A stretch of 64,000 nucleotides of DNA, taken from assembly GCF_030265065.1 (NCBI RefSeq), contig NC_080408.1:22727480-22791479 (forward strand), written 5' to 3'. How positions within the stretch are numbered: the stretch's first letter is position 1; every line of letters starts with the position of its first letter. Shown piece after piece: positions 35,553 to 47,744 of the stretch. The notes below the pieces were generated by a model. It saw only the letters and a list, made by a program, of their open reading frames with translations, was not told the DNA's origin and ran no database searches. Both the position numbers and the translations under genes were made by a program. This DNA is from Corythoichthys intestinalis. Taxonomy: Eukaryota.

Positions 35553-36976
35553 CAGTGGGGCAAATAAGTATTTAGTCAACCACTAATTGTGCAAGTTCTC
35601 CCACTTGAAAATATTGGAGAGGCCTGTAATTGTCAACATGGTTTAACCTCACCCATGAGAGACCGAATGTGGAAGAAAAAAAAAAAGAAAATCACATTGT
35701 TTGATTTTTAAAGAATTTAATTGCAAATCATGGTGGAAAATAAGTATTTGGTCAATACCAAAAGTTCATCTCAATACTTTGTTATGTACCCTTTGTTGGC
35801 AATAACGGAGGCCAAACGTTTTCTGTAACTCTTCACAAGCTTTTCAAACACTGTTGCTGGTATTTTGGCCCATTCCTCCACGCAGATCTCCTCTAGAGCA
35901 GTGATGTTTTGGGGCTGTCGTTGGGCAACACGGACTTTTAACTCCCTCCGCAGATTTTCTATGGGGTTGAGACCTGGAGACTGGTTAGGCCACTCCAGGA
36001 CCTTGAAATGCTTCTTACGAAGCCACTCCTTTGTTGCCCTGACTGTGTGTTTGGGATCATTGTCATGCTGAAAGACCCAGCCACGTCTCATCTTCAATGC
36101 CCTTGCTGATGGAAGGAGATTTTCACTCAAAATCTCTCGATACATGGCCCCATTCATTCTTTCCTTGACACAGATCAGTCGTCCTGGTCCCTTTGTAGAA
36201 AAACAGCCCCACAGCATGATGTTTCCACCCCCATGCTTCACAGTGGGTATGGTGCAATTCACTATTCTTCTTCCTCCAAACAAGAGAACTTGTGTTTCTA
36301 GCAAAAAGTTCTATTTTGGTTTCATCTGACCATAACACATTCTCCCAGTCCTCTTCTGGATCATCCAAATGCTGTCTAGCGAACCACAGACGGGCCTGGA
36401 CGTGTACTTTCTTCAGCAGGAGGACACGTCTGGCAGTGCAGGATTTGAGTCCCTGGCGGCGCATTGTGTTACTGATAGTAGCCTTTGTTACTGTGGTCCC
36501 AGCTCTCTGTAGGTCATTCACTAGGTCCCCCCGTGTGGTTCTGGGATTTTTGCTCCCCGTTCTTGTTATCATTTTGACGCCACGGGGTGAGGAGGGAGTT
36601 GAAGGTCCGTGTTGCCCAACGACAGCCCCAAAACATCACTGCTCTAGAGGAGATCTGCATGGAGGAATGGGCCAAAATACCAGCAACAGTGTGTGAAAAG
36701 CTTGTGAAAAGTTACAGAAAACGTTTGGCCTCCGTTATTGCCAACAAAGGGTACATAACAAAGTATTGAGATGAACTTTTTGTATTGACCAAATACTTAT
36801 TTTCCACCATGATTTGCAAATAAATTCTTTAAAAACCGAACAATGTGATTTTCTGGGTTTTTTTCAACATTCTGTCTCTCATGGTTGAGGTTTACCCATG
36901 TTGACAATTACAGGCCTCTCTAATATTTTCAAGTGGGAGAACTTGCACAATTAGTGGTTGACGAAATACTACACTG
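35553..36976. mobile_element. Tc1-like transposon (family 3) copy with internal inversion (foldback rearrangement)
   Basis: Normal TIRs at both ends. Transposase segment 35760-36590 lies on the - strand, while 36600-36775 repeats the same 3' end on the + strand (inverted duplication about 175 bp). Confidence 0.75.
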
Positions 36977-37199
36977 TACGTATGATTCATGAGTTGTTTC
37001 ACTGAATTAATGAGCTGTGTTGACCGTTGGCAGACTGTCAGATCCATGGGAAGCAATGTTGTAGAACAAATGTGTTTGTGTGGTGTTTGTTTGAACTAGA
37101 TAGACCTTCAACGCTTATGTTGTCATTGAAGTTAAACTGCAGGACATGTAGTATTATCATCATGAATCTATGACACAAAACTGCTTTCAGTCTTTATTG

Positions 37200-37560
37200 A
37201 CGACCTTAGACGTCCAATCCATTTGAACTGGGAGGCCACCAGCGAATGAACATTTCAGTTCAGAACACTTCAAATGGATTGGACGCCCACTAGTAATAAA
37301 CTCATTGAAATTCATAGCGATAGAGTCACTGAAATTTACAGTGAAAGTTTCTTAGATTAAAAATGTGATTCAAACATAAATTCAATACAATGAATCACAT
37401 TTTTAAAGTTTAACTCATTGGCTGCCATTGACGGCCATAGACATCCAGTCCATTTGAAGTTTTGGCAGTGAATGAATGTTCATTCATTTCCTGCCAGCCC
37501 TCCTACTTTAACTGGATTGGGCACCTAGTGTCGTCAGTGGCAATGACTTTAAATACCAGT
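37200..37560. mobile_element. two adjacent copies of palindromic MITE family M2 (37200-37320, 37410-37560)
   Basis: ..cttagacgtccaatccatttgaactgggagg.. and ..tcaaatggattggacgcccactagt..; ..ccatagacatccagtccatttgaagt.. Confidence 0.55.
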
Positions 37561-38497
37561 GAGTCTGCAGTAATTTAGTATTGAGAGATTAAAAAAACAT
37601 TTTGTTTATTTCTTTCAAAAAACGTATCGGTGTAGAATCTGCATCAGCCGATACTACACAATCAGCTATCGCAATCTGTATCGGTTGCCAAAAAATTGTA
37701 TTTGTGCAACGTGAATGGATTATCACCTCCATTTAAAATAAAATCTTATTTTTGTTTTTAAATTTTGGGAAAATATTCAGCTTGGAGATACTGAACTATT
37801 TCCAAGTGTCTTATAGTCGAAGGGATAAATTATTACTTTAATTTTTTTTTTTTTTTTTTTCAAATTGAATTTACACTAGTACTTCAACGATTAATCGATT
37901 AACTCGGGTAATTAATGAAAGTGGCGTTGTTTAATGGTTTGTTTTGAAAGTGTTTGCATTTAGTTTTATTGATTTGGGTGTAAACACTGCCCTCTAGTGG
38001 TGTTAGTGAATATAACATTACTCATTTCGCATGGCTGAATCCAGCTGCTCCATGTTAAGTCAAACATAAGCTTTTGTTTGAGCTAATGCTTTTTTAATGC
38101 ATTCAAAATTTAGTATATAGGTGTATTTAGCCGTTTTTGTGGGAATTTGTGTTTGAACCATTTGTTAAAAGCATTGTAAAAAAAAAAAAAAAAAAAAAAA
38201 AAAGCATTTTATAGCATTTAAGCTAGCAGATTTTTGTGATGTAATTTAGCCAACTGTTCTTTTGTTGTACTTAGATCCTCATGTTTTATACTGTTTGAGG
38301 CTCTGCTCAGGTATTTCATGTTCTTATGTTCCTTATCCGATTACTCGATTATACGAACTAGTTTATTGATCAATTGACTACTAAAATGATCGATAGCTGC
38401 AGGCCTAATTTACACCACAACTGAAAACTGCTGGGGAAAAAAATTGACTGTGCCCTGTACGGACCCAATAGAAATCTGATGAACTGTTGATGGCATA

Positions 38498-40087
38498 CAG
38501 TGGTATGAAAAAGTATCTGAAGCTTTTGGAATTTCACATTTCTGTACAAAATCACCATCAAATGTGATCCGATCTTTGTCAAAATCACAAAGATGTAAAA
38601 ACAGTGTCTGCTTTAACTAAAACCGCCCAAATATTTATAGGTTGTCAAATTTTAACGAGGATAGCATGCAAACAATGACAGAAAGGCAAAATAAAATAAA
38701 GAAGTGAACCTTCTGCCTAAGGAGACTTCAAAACCAATTTTTACCAAACAATTTAAGTCAGGTGTGTGCCCAATCACTGATGAGTGATTTAAAGCTGCCC
38801 TGCCCACTATAAAACACACACCTGGTAAGAATTGTCATGATGAGAAGCATTGTCTGATGTGTATCATGGCTCGGTCAAAAGAGCTGTCTGAAGACTAGCG
38901 ATCAAGGATTGTTGATTTGTATGAAGCTGGGAAAGGATACAAATTAAAACCATCTCTAAAAGTCTGGGTGTTCATCAATCGACAGTCAGAGAAGTTGTCT
39001 ACAAATGAAGAGACTTTGGCATTGTTACTTCCCTCTAAAGGAGTGGCCGTCCACCAAAGATGACGCCAAGAGTTCAGCCCAGAATACTAAGAGACGTAAA
39101 AAAAAAAAAACCTAGAGTGTCTGCTAAAGACTTACAGAAATCACTGGCACAGTCCAGTATCTCGGTGTACACATCAACTATATGTACAACTATGGCCAAA
39201 AATGGTGTTCCTGGGAGGACTCAACGGAGGAAGCCACTGCTATCTAAAAAAAACATTGTTGCTCGTTTAATGTTCACAAAAAGGCACGTGGACAGTCCAC
39301 AGAAGTTTTGGCAAAATATTTTGTGGACTGATGAAACCAAAGTTTAATTGTTTGGGAGTAACACACAAGGTCATGTGCAGAGGAATTATGGAGCAGCTCG
39401 CCAACATCAAAACCTCATCCCCACCGTGAAGCATGGTGGAGGGAGCATCATGATTTGGGGCTGTTTTGCTACCTCAGGGCCTGGACAACTGGCAAACACT
39501 AATGGAAGAATGAATTCAAAAGTTTATCAGGATGTTTTGAAGGAAAATCTGATGCTGTATGTCAGACAGTTGAAGCTAAAAAGAGGATGGATGCTGCAAC
39601 AAGACAATGATCCAAAACACAGAAGTAAATCAACTTCAGAATGGTTTCTGACGAACAAAATACACGTTCTGGAGTGACCAAGTCAAAGTCCAGACTTGAA
39701 CCCCATTGAGATGCTGTGGCATAACTTAAAGACAGCAATTCATGCCAGACATTTCAGGAATCTGACTGAACTACAGCAGTTTTGAGAAGAATGGGCCAAG
39801 TTAAGTGCTGATCGATTTGCCAGACTGATCTACAGCTACAGGAAGCGTCTGGTTGAAGTTATTGCTGCCAAATGGGAAGGGGGGGGGGCAAAAAATATTA
39901 AATGTGATGGTTCACTTACTTATTTTCCCCCTTCTGTCATTGTTATTGCATACTATCCTCATTAAAATATGAAAACCTATAAATGTTTGGGTGGTTTTAG
40001 TTAAAGCAGACACTGTTTTTTCATCTGTGTGATTTTGACAAAGATTAGATAACAACCAAAAGGTTCAGATACTTTTTCATACCACTG
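38498..40087 (+). mobile_element. Tc1-like transposon (family 4), full length, 1590 bp, about 200-bp TIRs
   Basis: Ends cagtggtatgaaaaagtatctgaa and its rc, with TA TSD. Transposase frame from ATG 38866 has an early TAG and stops at 39346 and 39677 (..[16 protein letters not shown].., ..QQDNDPKH..). Confidence 0.85.
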
Positions 40088-40332
40088 TACAATCATCCTC
40101 AACTTCTATTTTAAGCCAATAGCTAGTGTAGTAGCCAGCTAGAGATGGAGAATCAAAACTAAACGCTTTGTCTTTTCCCTTTTAATAGTGACACTTTCAC
40201 GACTAGAAAAAAATTGAGTCAGTGCTTCTCTTGATAAATATCGGTTGTGATAGTGATGTTCTTTGGAGGCATTTAAGCTAGATATCATTGAAATGACGTC
40301 TGTTGAATAATGGACATTTTGCTGTCTGGCAG

Positions 40333-40452
40333 ATGAAAAAGGGCCCTCCAGTGCCTCCGCCCCCCAAAGTCACCCCTTCCAAGGAGGTGGTGGAGGAGCA
40401 AATCATAGACCTGTTTGGAGGAGAGTTTTTACCAGCGCCGTCGCCATCCCAG
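40333..40452 (+). CDS. amph: amph exon 11 ([40 protein letters not shown])
   Basis: Acceptor tgtctggcAG| and donor cag|GTCTCT. Matches the human proline-rich SH3-ligand segment (TRKGPPVPPLPKVTPTKE...PEISVTTPSQ). Confidence 0.75.
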
Positions 40453-40516
40453 GTCTCTTAGCCTTCCCAGAAAAACGAGTCCAATCACCTCGCTAACAGC
40501 TTCTTGTGTGTCCGCA

Positions 40517-40600
40517 GCCCAATGAGAGGCCAGGAGAATCTCTCCTCGATCTCGATTTTGACGCCTTCCAACCAGATGAAAGTGTGTCGCCAGTACCGCA
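40517..40600 (+). CDS. amph: amph exon 12 (PNERPGESLLDLDFDAFQPDESVSPVPQ; clathrin box LLDLD)
   Basis: Acceptor tgtgtccgcAG| and donor cag|GTTGTT. Contains the conserved LLDLDFD clathrin-binding motif. Confidence 0.75.
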
Positions 40601-40701
40601 GGTTGTTTTTATATTTTATCTTAATGTTGAATATGAATATTTTTAACGTTATCTATCTGACTGAATCGGATTTTGTGTTAAAACATACTCTCTTCTCCAA
40701 G

Positions 40702-40728
40702 ACTGCTGTGCCTTGGGATACGTGGTCG
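40702..40728 (+). CDS. amph: amph exon 13, 27-nt exon (TAVPWDTWS; W-box PWDxW)
   Basis: Acceptor tcttctccaAG| and donor tcg|GTGAGT. Matches the human LPWDLW clathrin terminal-domain W-box. Confidence 0.6.
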
Positions 40729-40808
40729 GTGAGTACATTTGTTAGTTGCACTTAGTTTGTCAATGAAATAATTTTATATGTCAAGTGTGTCTTTCTACTC
40801 CCTCCTAG

Positions 40809-40826
40809 GCTCAGCCAGCCCAGACT
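40809..40826 (+). CDS. amph: candidate amph micro-exon, 18 nt (AQPAQT)
   Basis: Strong signals ctccctcctAG| and |GTAAGT, phase-0 symmetric. No homology evidence is possible at this length. Confidence 0.4.
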
Positions 40827-41149
40827 GTAAGTACACACTCAATTTACTTAACATGACATTTATGCCTAACAAGGACTTGTTTGTGCAATTTGGTGTTAGA
40901 CTGAACACATAATGTGCAAACAGATTCTATGGCAGCAGCACTGTCGTGGAGTGGTATAGTCCAACTTTAAAGGGGAAGACGACACCTTTATTATGCACAT
41001 CTTGTTTAATAAATTAAAAATCGTAGAATTTAAGTTTTCTGATGTGTAATAGTGGAGAAACATGGAAATAAAAGCTAGTATTTCTGACAAGTGGTTGCCT
41101 GGCATGTTGGCAGACATTTTGTCAATGGTGTTACTATTACAGGGTTCCC

Positions 41150-41335
41150 GCAGATCCTTGAAAAGTCTTAAAGGGAACCACAGATATAAAAAGACTTGTA
41201 GTTCTTAAAAGATAAACGTTATTATGAGGTAAAATACTTTGATATTAAAACCCCTCTTGATGTCTTCGTTTTTATACAATTTGTAAAATTACTTTTAACT
41301 TGTAGGTCGCCATGGTTGCCGACGTCGCAGGCCGG
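41150..41335. mobile_element. internal fragment of MITE family M1
   Basis: ..agacttgtagttcttaaaagataaacgtt..attaaaacccctcttgatgtcttcgttt.. aligns to 22400-22520. Confidence 0.5.
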
Positions 41336-41834
41336 TGACATCACTGGGTTACTTTGCCGGTCGTCCAGAGTATGACTCTAGTGACATAAACGTGTCATCT
41401 GTTCAGCCCTTTCAATTTGAACCCGAGAGGAACATTATTGAGCATGAGAGCACTGTCGATATGTCACAAAACAAGCAGCAAAAGCAAAGTGAACAGGACA
41501 GACGGGATGAGACGAGAGTAGGAAAAAACAAACTGGTGTTCGGCCAAAAATGTGCTATCACCGGTGAAATGTGCTACAAGAGGTGAAGTTGACACCCAAA
41601 GTACTACCGTGCGGTTTCAGCTTGTTTTGTTTACTAGAACATACTAAAGATGCCTTAAGAAAATTCTTAAAAGTAGTACCGTATTTTTTGGACTATAAGT
41701 CGCACCAACCAAAAAATGCGCAATGAAAAGGAAAAAAACATATATAAGTCGCACCAGAGTATAAGTCGCATTTTTGGGGGAAATTTATTTGCTAGAATCC
41801 AGCACCAATAATAGACATGTCATCTTGAAAGGCA

Positions 41835-42170
41835 ATTTAAAAATATTGGAGTAGAGAGACAGAAACAATGACATTTTGCGGCTCTCATCGTCGTGTTTTC
41901 CTTGTTGTGAATAATTCCCCCTCAATGGGCTGAATAGTAAAACCGATGAGCCCATTCTCCCGCTGACGTCATCCACCTGTTGGGGACGCTAGAGCCCTAT
42001 AATGGTAGGCGTGGCTAACCGGCAGATTAAAAGACTAATTTCTCGTCATCTGCGCTTTGCTACATTGTTGTATAAAGTCGCATCGTCTCAAAATATGATT
42101 CTAATTCACATAATAATGCTATTTAAGACTTTTTTTCTCATGTCGTATGCTCTTTAAATATGTCACTTCC
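41835..42170 (+). repeat. paralog of the 20..245/1638..1715 repeat without the THAP-element insertion (empty site)
   Basis: Direct alignment to both flanks of THAP element copy A. Confidence 0.6.
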
Positions 42171-44379
42171 TGATTCTCTGCGTTGTTGGCATGACTCCAG
42201 TTCTAGCAACAACTTCATGTCCCGTGGTGTATTTTTTTTTTTTTTTTTTAATTTTGGTTTGTTGTTGAGTAGGTCTTGAATTTCATTTCAAATTAATAAT
42301 TAACAAGTCTTAAAAAGTCTTGAATTGAATTTGCCTTGAGATGTAGGAACCCTGTATTACAGCCAATCAAACACGAGTATCCCAAATTGCCCGCCCTTCC
42401 TCGTAATGTCATTAATACCCATTATCTCATGCACTTGTACTCCAGTCTATCCCGTTTATATGGGTATAACTGACAAAAAAAAATGGCTGGAATAAATTTT
42501 TATTTAACCCTTTATAGAGCACTCCTTTAGTCCATTGACGGCTCTAGATGCCCAATCCATTTTGACGGGCTGAAAGGATTAGTGCATAGACTTCACTATC
42601 AGCTGACACCATCTCATAGGTGGCCGACGTTGAATTGGCTTTCAATGTGATAAACTCAAACACACGTTGCGCTCTAACGCCAGATTTAGGTGGAAACAGG
42701 ACGAAGGTTTCACTGCATACAAGCAGGTCGGAGTGTCTCAAGAGTGATTTGATCGAGGATTCAAGGTAATTATTATATTAAATAGCAACATGCAGGCTCT
42801 TTGAAACGTTGTGAAAACAGTCAAATGAATGGAAAAAAATTGGCATTACTTTAGCTTAACATATTTACATAAAATAGATGATAACCGCCCGTGTTTTTTT
42901 TCTTTTCTTTTAACCAAGACTATAGACTGTTTTGCGTCCATATCTATATAAATTCAGAGATTTACGCATCTATTTACAAGAATTTTAAACTTAAAAAGTT
43001 CTTTGTTTTGTGATTGCCGCCATGTTGGATTTTGTATCCACACACAAAAGCGTAACTTTACATTCAAATAATCAGGTAATATTTGGCCAACTGCCCGTTT
43101 TTTGGCAAGAAACTGGTCATTTAGACATTTCTGCGTCTATACAAATTTATTTATTTATTTTTTTTTAATGCAACATTTCAATCTAAAAACAACGAGGGCC
43201 AGATGGCCGGCAAAACGTGCTGAGGCAATAGTGACATTGGAATTCAACTTAATTAAATAATTAATTAATATTAAGATGATTCTGCATTCTTTCCTCAAGT
43301 ATTAAGTTTCTGATTAAAACATGATTTATTCGCTACTTTATTTATTTATTTTGACAGAAGTTTTCAAATATGTCAAAATTGCACTAAATTAAAAAAAAAA
43401 AGAAAGTTATATGACATGTTAAAAATATTGCTATTGATCCTGAGCACGTTGGTGATTATCTCTGCATTTGGTGATTTTTGTGCATCTAATGTAAAATCTG
43501 AGAATTTTATAGCCATTTTAAGTTTTGTTATACAACAACTAATCGGGATTTTATTAGGGAACGACTTTGAATTTTTTGATGCCGTTGCTCATGGAGACTC
43601 ATATATAGGAGGTGCCTGTTTTGGTTTTAGTTCGCTAACGGCTTTGGTTATGGCTTTGGCCCCGCGCCCCGTTTCTCATCAACTGTGAAGGAATCTGACC
43701 TTTTGGCCAGATTGGCGGAATCGCGCCAGCCGAACCGTCGGAACCGTGCTAGTGCAATTCCAACGACTCGGGCCGGCGGAATCCCAACAACCCGCCCAAA
43801 AAGCCAGACTCAGCACGTTCACTTTAGTCTTAACCCCTTGTACTGACTCCATTTTGAAAGCTGGAAAAATGCGTCGAAACACAAGTTGACAATTTAGCGA
43901 TAAAACGGCAAGGCAAAACAGCAAAGAGACCTAGGCGAGGAAGCAAACTGGATCCAGGGTCATCATATTACAAGTCAACAAAAGGTTCCTGAGAAAAAAT
44001 GACTACGATTAGTTAAACATTCAGACTTTTAAAGGCTCTGCGCGTTGGGCTTCCGTGGTCAGAAGGCGTCCTGTATCTTTCTGTCCTTATCTGCCCATTG
44101 TCCTGTTCTAATCATTCCAAGTCCAACTGTTCATAATATCAAATATATTCTGCTTATTTTTCTTAAACGATGATACAAATGCTATTTATTTTATATTGGG
44201 TGGGTTAGACTAATACAAACAGTCAAACAGTAAATACGAGAAAATATAATATTCCCTTCAACTGATAGTGAAGTCTGTGGGCGAAGTCTATCTAGTTTGG
44301 GCACCCGTCTTTCACATGAAGGTCATTTCTACGAGGTGTTGTATTTCCCTTTAACATTTAATTCCCTGCATCTGTTCAG

Positions 44380-45723
44380 GCTTCAGAAGGCGGGTTTGTC
44401 CCTGACTGGTCAGCAGACTTTGGTTCGGCGGCTACTGACGGGGATGCCACAGCAGGGGAGGTCGCCGCAGGGGAGGCATCTGAGGGGGCAGAGGGCGGGG
44501 ATCACCAAGGCAACGGAGATGCGCTTCCTCCTCCTTCCAAGGACAGTGAGGCAGCCGAGGATGAGGTTAGCAGCCCGGACGGCCCATCTCAAACACCCAT
44601 CGAACTTCTCCGTGGCACCGCCGACGATTTGGAAACAGGGCAGGCAGAGTCGCGGGGAAACTGGCCAGGGGAGGGAGGTCGAAGGAAGTCCACCCCAGGT
44701 CTGATTTTCACCAACGAGTTTGGCGAACAGATTGAGGACGACTCCAAACAGTGCAGGGAGAAGCGCTCCAGGTCTCCCGACGGCTCGGGATCAGAATACG
44801 AAACGGCCGAAGAATGGGGCGACGGGGTTCATGGCGGGGGCTGGGCTAGCGCGGAAGACGAGCTTGAAGATCACATTAACGTAACGCAAGAAACCACTGG
44901 AAGAAGTGATGAGCAAAATACAGCAGATGTCAATTCAAAGAATTCGATAACCTCGGAGGAATATCGAGACGGAGGGGCATTCGAGAGCCAGCCTTTTGCA
45001 GAAAAACAGGAAGAATACTCATTTAACTCTAATCGCTTTGCAGAAACACAAGGAGTCGCACTGGATTGCGGTCATTTTGCTGACGTCCAAGAAGGACGCG
45101 CAAACGATTCAGACAATTTTGCCGAAAAAGAAGAAAGAGTATCGGATTCGAACTGTTTTCCCGACGTACTGGAAGGAGGAGCGTTTGACTCGGTTGCTTT
45201 TGATTCGGATCCGTTTGCGGATCCGCAAGGAAGCGCATTTGAGTCGGACCCTTTTGCCGACATACACGGAGGCACGTTTGATTCCGACCCATTTGCCGAA
45301 ACGCAAGAAGGAAGAGGGTTAACGTCGAATCCTTTCGCCGACATACACGGAGGAGGCGCGTTTGATTCAGATCCGTTTGCAGAGACATCGGGAAGAAGCG
45401 CCTTCGATTCGGATCCTTTTGCCGAAACGCAGTTCGTAGGGTCGTTCGATCGCGAATCTCAGCTCGGAGACCGAGCCGGTTTAGATGTGCAGTGTTCGGT
45501 TGTCCAAGGAGACGGGGTAAGCGGGTGGGATCCTTTTGGCACGTCGTCTTCAGACGATGCCAATGTGTCCTGGAAGCAAGCCGGCGAGAGTGGCACGGAA
45601 CGTCAAGATGTAAATGCACCCAAGGTCCTTAAGGAACCAGGAAGTTCTGACATGTCTGAAGATGAGACTGCAAACCTGAGATTTGGAAAAATGTACCAAG
45701 ATGTAGCTAAAGAAAAGGAAGAG
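44380..45723 (+). CDS. amph: amph large exon 15 (448 codons; acidic A/E/G-rich start, then ~11-12 tandem 14-aa DPF/NPF-containing repeats)
   Basis: Acceptor ctgttcAG| and donor gaagag|GTACAT. One open frame of 1344 nt in phase 0. Composition resembles the variable region of amphiphysin. Internal weak donors (e.g. 44566 GTTAGC) could allow sub-division. Confidence 0.6.
44970..45450 (+). repeat. amph: coding minisatellite inside amph exon 15: about 11-12 x about 42 bp, encoding xxFDSDPFAETQEG-type units
   Basis: Units: GGAFESQPFAEKQEE / YSFNSNRFAETQG / GHFADVQEG / DSDNFAEKEE / NCFPDVLEG / AFDSDPFADPQG / AFESDPFADIHGG / TFDSDPFAETQEG / TSNPFADIHGGG / AFDSDPFAETSGRS / AFDSDPFAETQFVGS. Confidence 0.8.
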
Positions 45724-46690
45724 GTACATGGCCCCGTTTTTAGTGTCCTAGTTTGGCAGCAAGTAGACTTCAGTTGAAATTCTAACAACCCTCCACCCCT
45801 CGAGTCAACCCTAAGATGATCCAACGCCAAACCTTTGTTGTGCTTCCTTCCCGTACCTAACATTTGATAGGATGCTGCATAAACATGACCCAAAAAAATC
45901 TGTACTATTAACCCTTTCATGCACGAACTGTGTTTTTTTTTTTTTTTTTCTTCATTCATACAGGACATGGGGTCTCAAAGTTGTGGCCCAGGGGCCTATT
46001 GCGGCCTACGGGACAATATTTTACGATCCTCAGTTTGATATCCAATGAATACAAAATATATACAGTATAAATAGTTTGAAATAAAATGAACTGAAGAATC
46101 CATTTGGCGGGGGAAAAACAATTATTTCAATAGCTATAAATGATAAAAAATCATGAGCAATAAAAAAATATAAATTCAAAATAGATTTTTTAAATTGAAA
46201 CAATTTTTTTTTATTTGGGGCAAAAAAACATAGACATATTTAGCTCTTAGAATTTTATTGGCTTATTTTAAAGCTCTTGTGACCTCGCATATCTTAACTC
46301 TATAGCTACCGATGACGGCAATAGACGTCCAATCCATTTTAACTTTAGCTAGAAGCAATCAAATGATTGATTTCAACATCAATTTCTCTCTTTTACTTAC
46401 TACCACAACACATATCCTGTGACCTGGGCTGAAAATGAATGAGTTTGGCTAATGGTAACTTTTGAATAAATGTCCACTGTCCCTGAAAGGGTTAATCTTT
46501 GCCTGCCTGTCTACATTCTCCTTCACTTCGTTCCCTTTTCCGATCTTTGTATTATTATCTAGTTCATCTATCTTTTCCTAAAAATGGTCCTTTCCCTGTG
46601 TTCATTGTTTAGTCTATGTCACTTATGCACTATTTTTCCCCCCAAATATTTGATATAGTTCTTGTCTTATTTTAAACATGCATTCTGAAG

Positions 46691-46732
46691 GATGCCACTG
46701 GCCCATCATTCTTTGCTGATTTTGATAAAATG
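46691..46732 (+). CDS. amph: amph exon 16, 42 nt (DATGPSFFADFDKM)
   Basis: Acceptor cattctgaAG| and donor atg|GTGAGT. Phase 0. F/D-rich adaptor-motif-like peptide. Confidence 0.5.
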
Positions 46733-47105
46733 GTGAGTAAGCCATTTCATTTATCCCGGACGAGCCCCTGATCATGTTATAAATAGAGTTGGGTAGAGTA
46801 GCCAAAAACTTCACTCAAGTAAGATTAGCTTTACTTCAACATAATATAAATCAAGTAAAAGTAGTCATCAAAAAAATGTACCCAAGTACAAGTTAAAAAA
46901 AAAAAAAAAAACAGAAATGAAGCATAATTTGTCCAAAGAGCATGAGTGCCCTCTACTAGAGAAAATAGTTCCCAGTTTGAATAGTTGAATAGTTCCCGTT
47001 ATGAAATTAAAAGGAACAGTTTTCCGTGGTCAATCGGTGCTACGTTAAAACTGGGAAAGAGGTGGAAATCCGTGCTTTCGAGTCATGTTGAGGGCAGTGC
47101 TCTAC

Positions 47106-47734
47106 AGTGGGGCAAGTAAGTATTTAGTCAACCACTAATTGTGCAAGTTCTCCAACTTGAAAATATTATAGAGGCCTGTAATTGTCAACATGGTTAAACC
47201 TCAACCATGAGAAACAAAATGAGGAAAAAAACCCAGAAAATCACATTGTTTGATTTTTATAGAATTTATTTCCAAATTAGAGTGGAAAATAAGTATTTGG
47301 TCACCTATAAACAAGATTTCTGGCTGTCAAAGAGGTCTAACTTCTTCTAACGAGGTCTAACAAGGATCCACTCGTTACCTGTATTAATGGCACCTGTTTT
47401 AACTCATTATCGGTATAAAAGACACTTGTCCACAATCTCAGTCAGTCACATTCCAAACTCCACTATGGCCAAGACCAAAGAGCTGTTGAAGGACACCAGA
47501 GACAAAATTGTAGACCTGCACCAGGCTGGGAAGACTGAATCTGCAATAGGTAAAACGCTTGGAGTAAAGAAATCAACTGTGGGAGCAATTATTAGAAAAT
47601 GGAAGATATACATTTTTTCACATTCTGTCTCTCATGATTGAGGTTTACCCATATTGACAATTACAGGCCTCTCTAATCTTTTCAAGTAGAACTTGCACAA
47701 TTGATGGTTGACTAAATACTTATTTGCCCCACTG
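47106..47734 (+). mobile_element. Tc1-like (family 3) internally deleted, non-autonomous copy, 629 bp
   Basis: Both TIRs present. Keeps only the first about 60 codons of the transposase ([47 protein letters not shown]) and is joined directly to the right TIR. Confidence 0.8.
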
Positions 47735-47744
47735 TATGTCAAAT

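Noticed and set aside
41335-41586. 83-codon ORF (MTSLGYFAGRPEYDSSD...) after an AG at 41334, considered as an extra amph linker exon
   Set aside because: All neighbouring amph exons are phase 0. Entering this ORF needs phase 2, and the phase-0 reading hits TGA after 14 codons. Its 5' end overlaps an M1 MITE fragment and it has no similarity to amphiphysin.
44996-45619. Alternative-frame ORFs over the amph repeat exon (44996..45322 +, 45029..45619 -, 45072..45344 -)
   Set aside because: Off-frame or antisense readings of the coding minisatellite. The frame continuous with homology-supported sequence is the one at 44380..45723.
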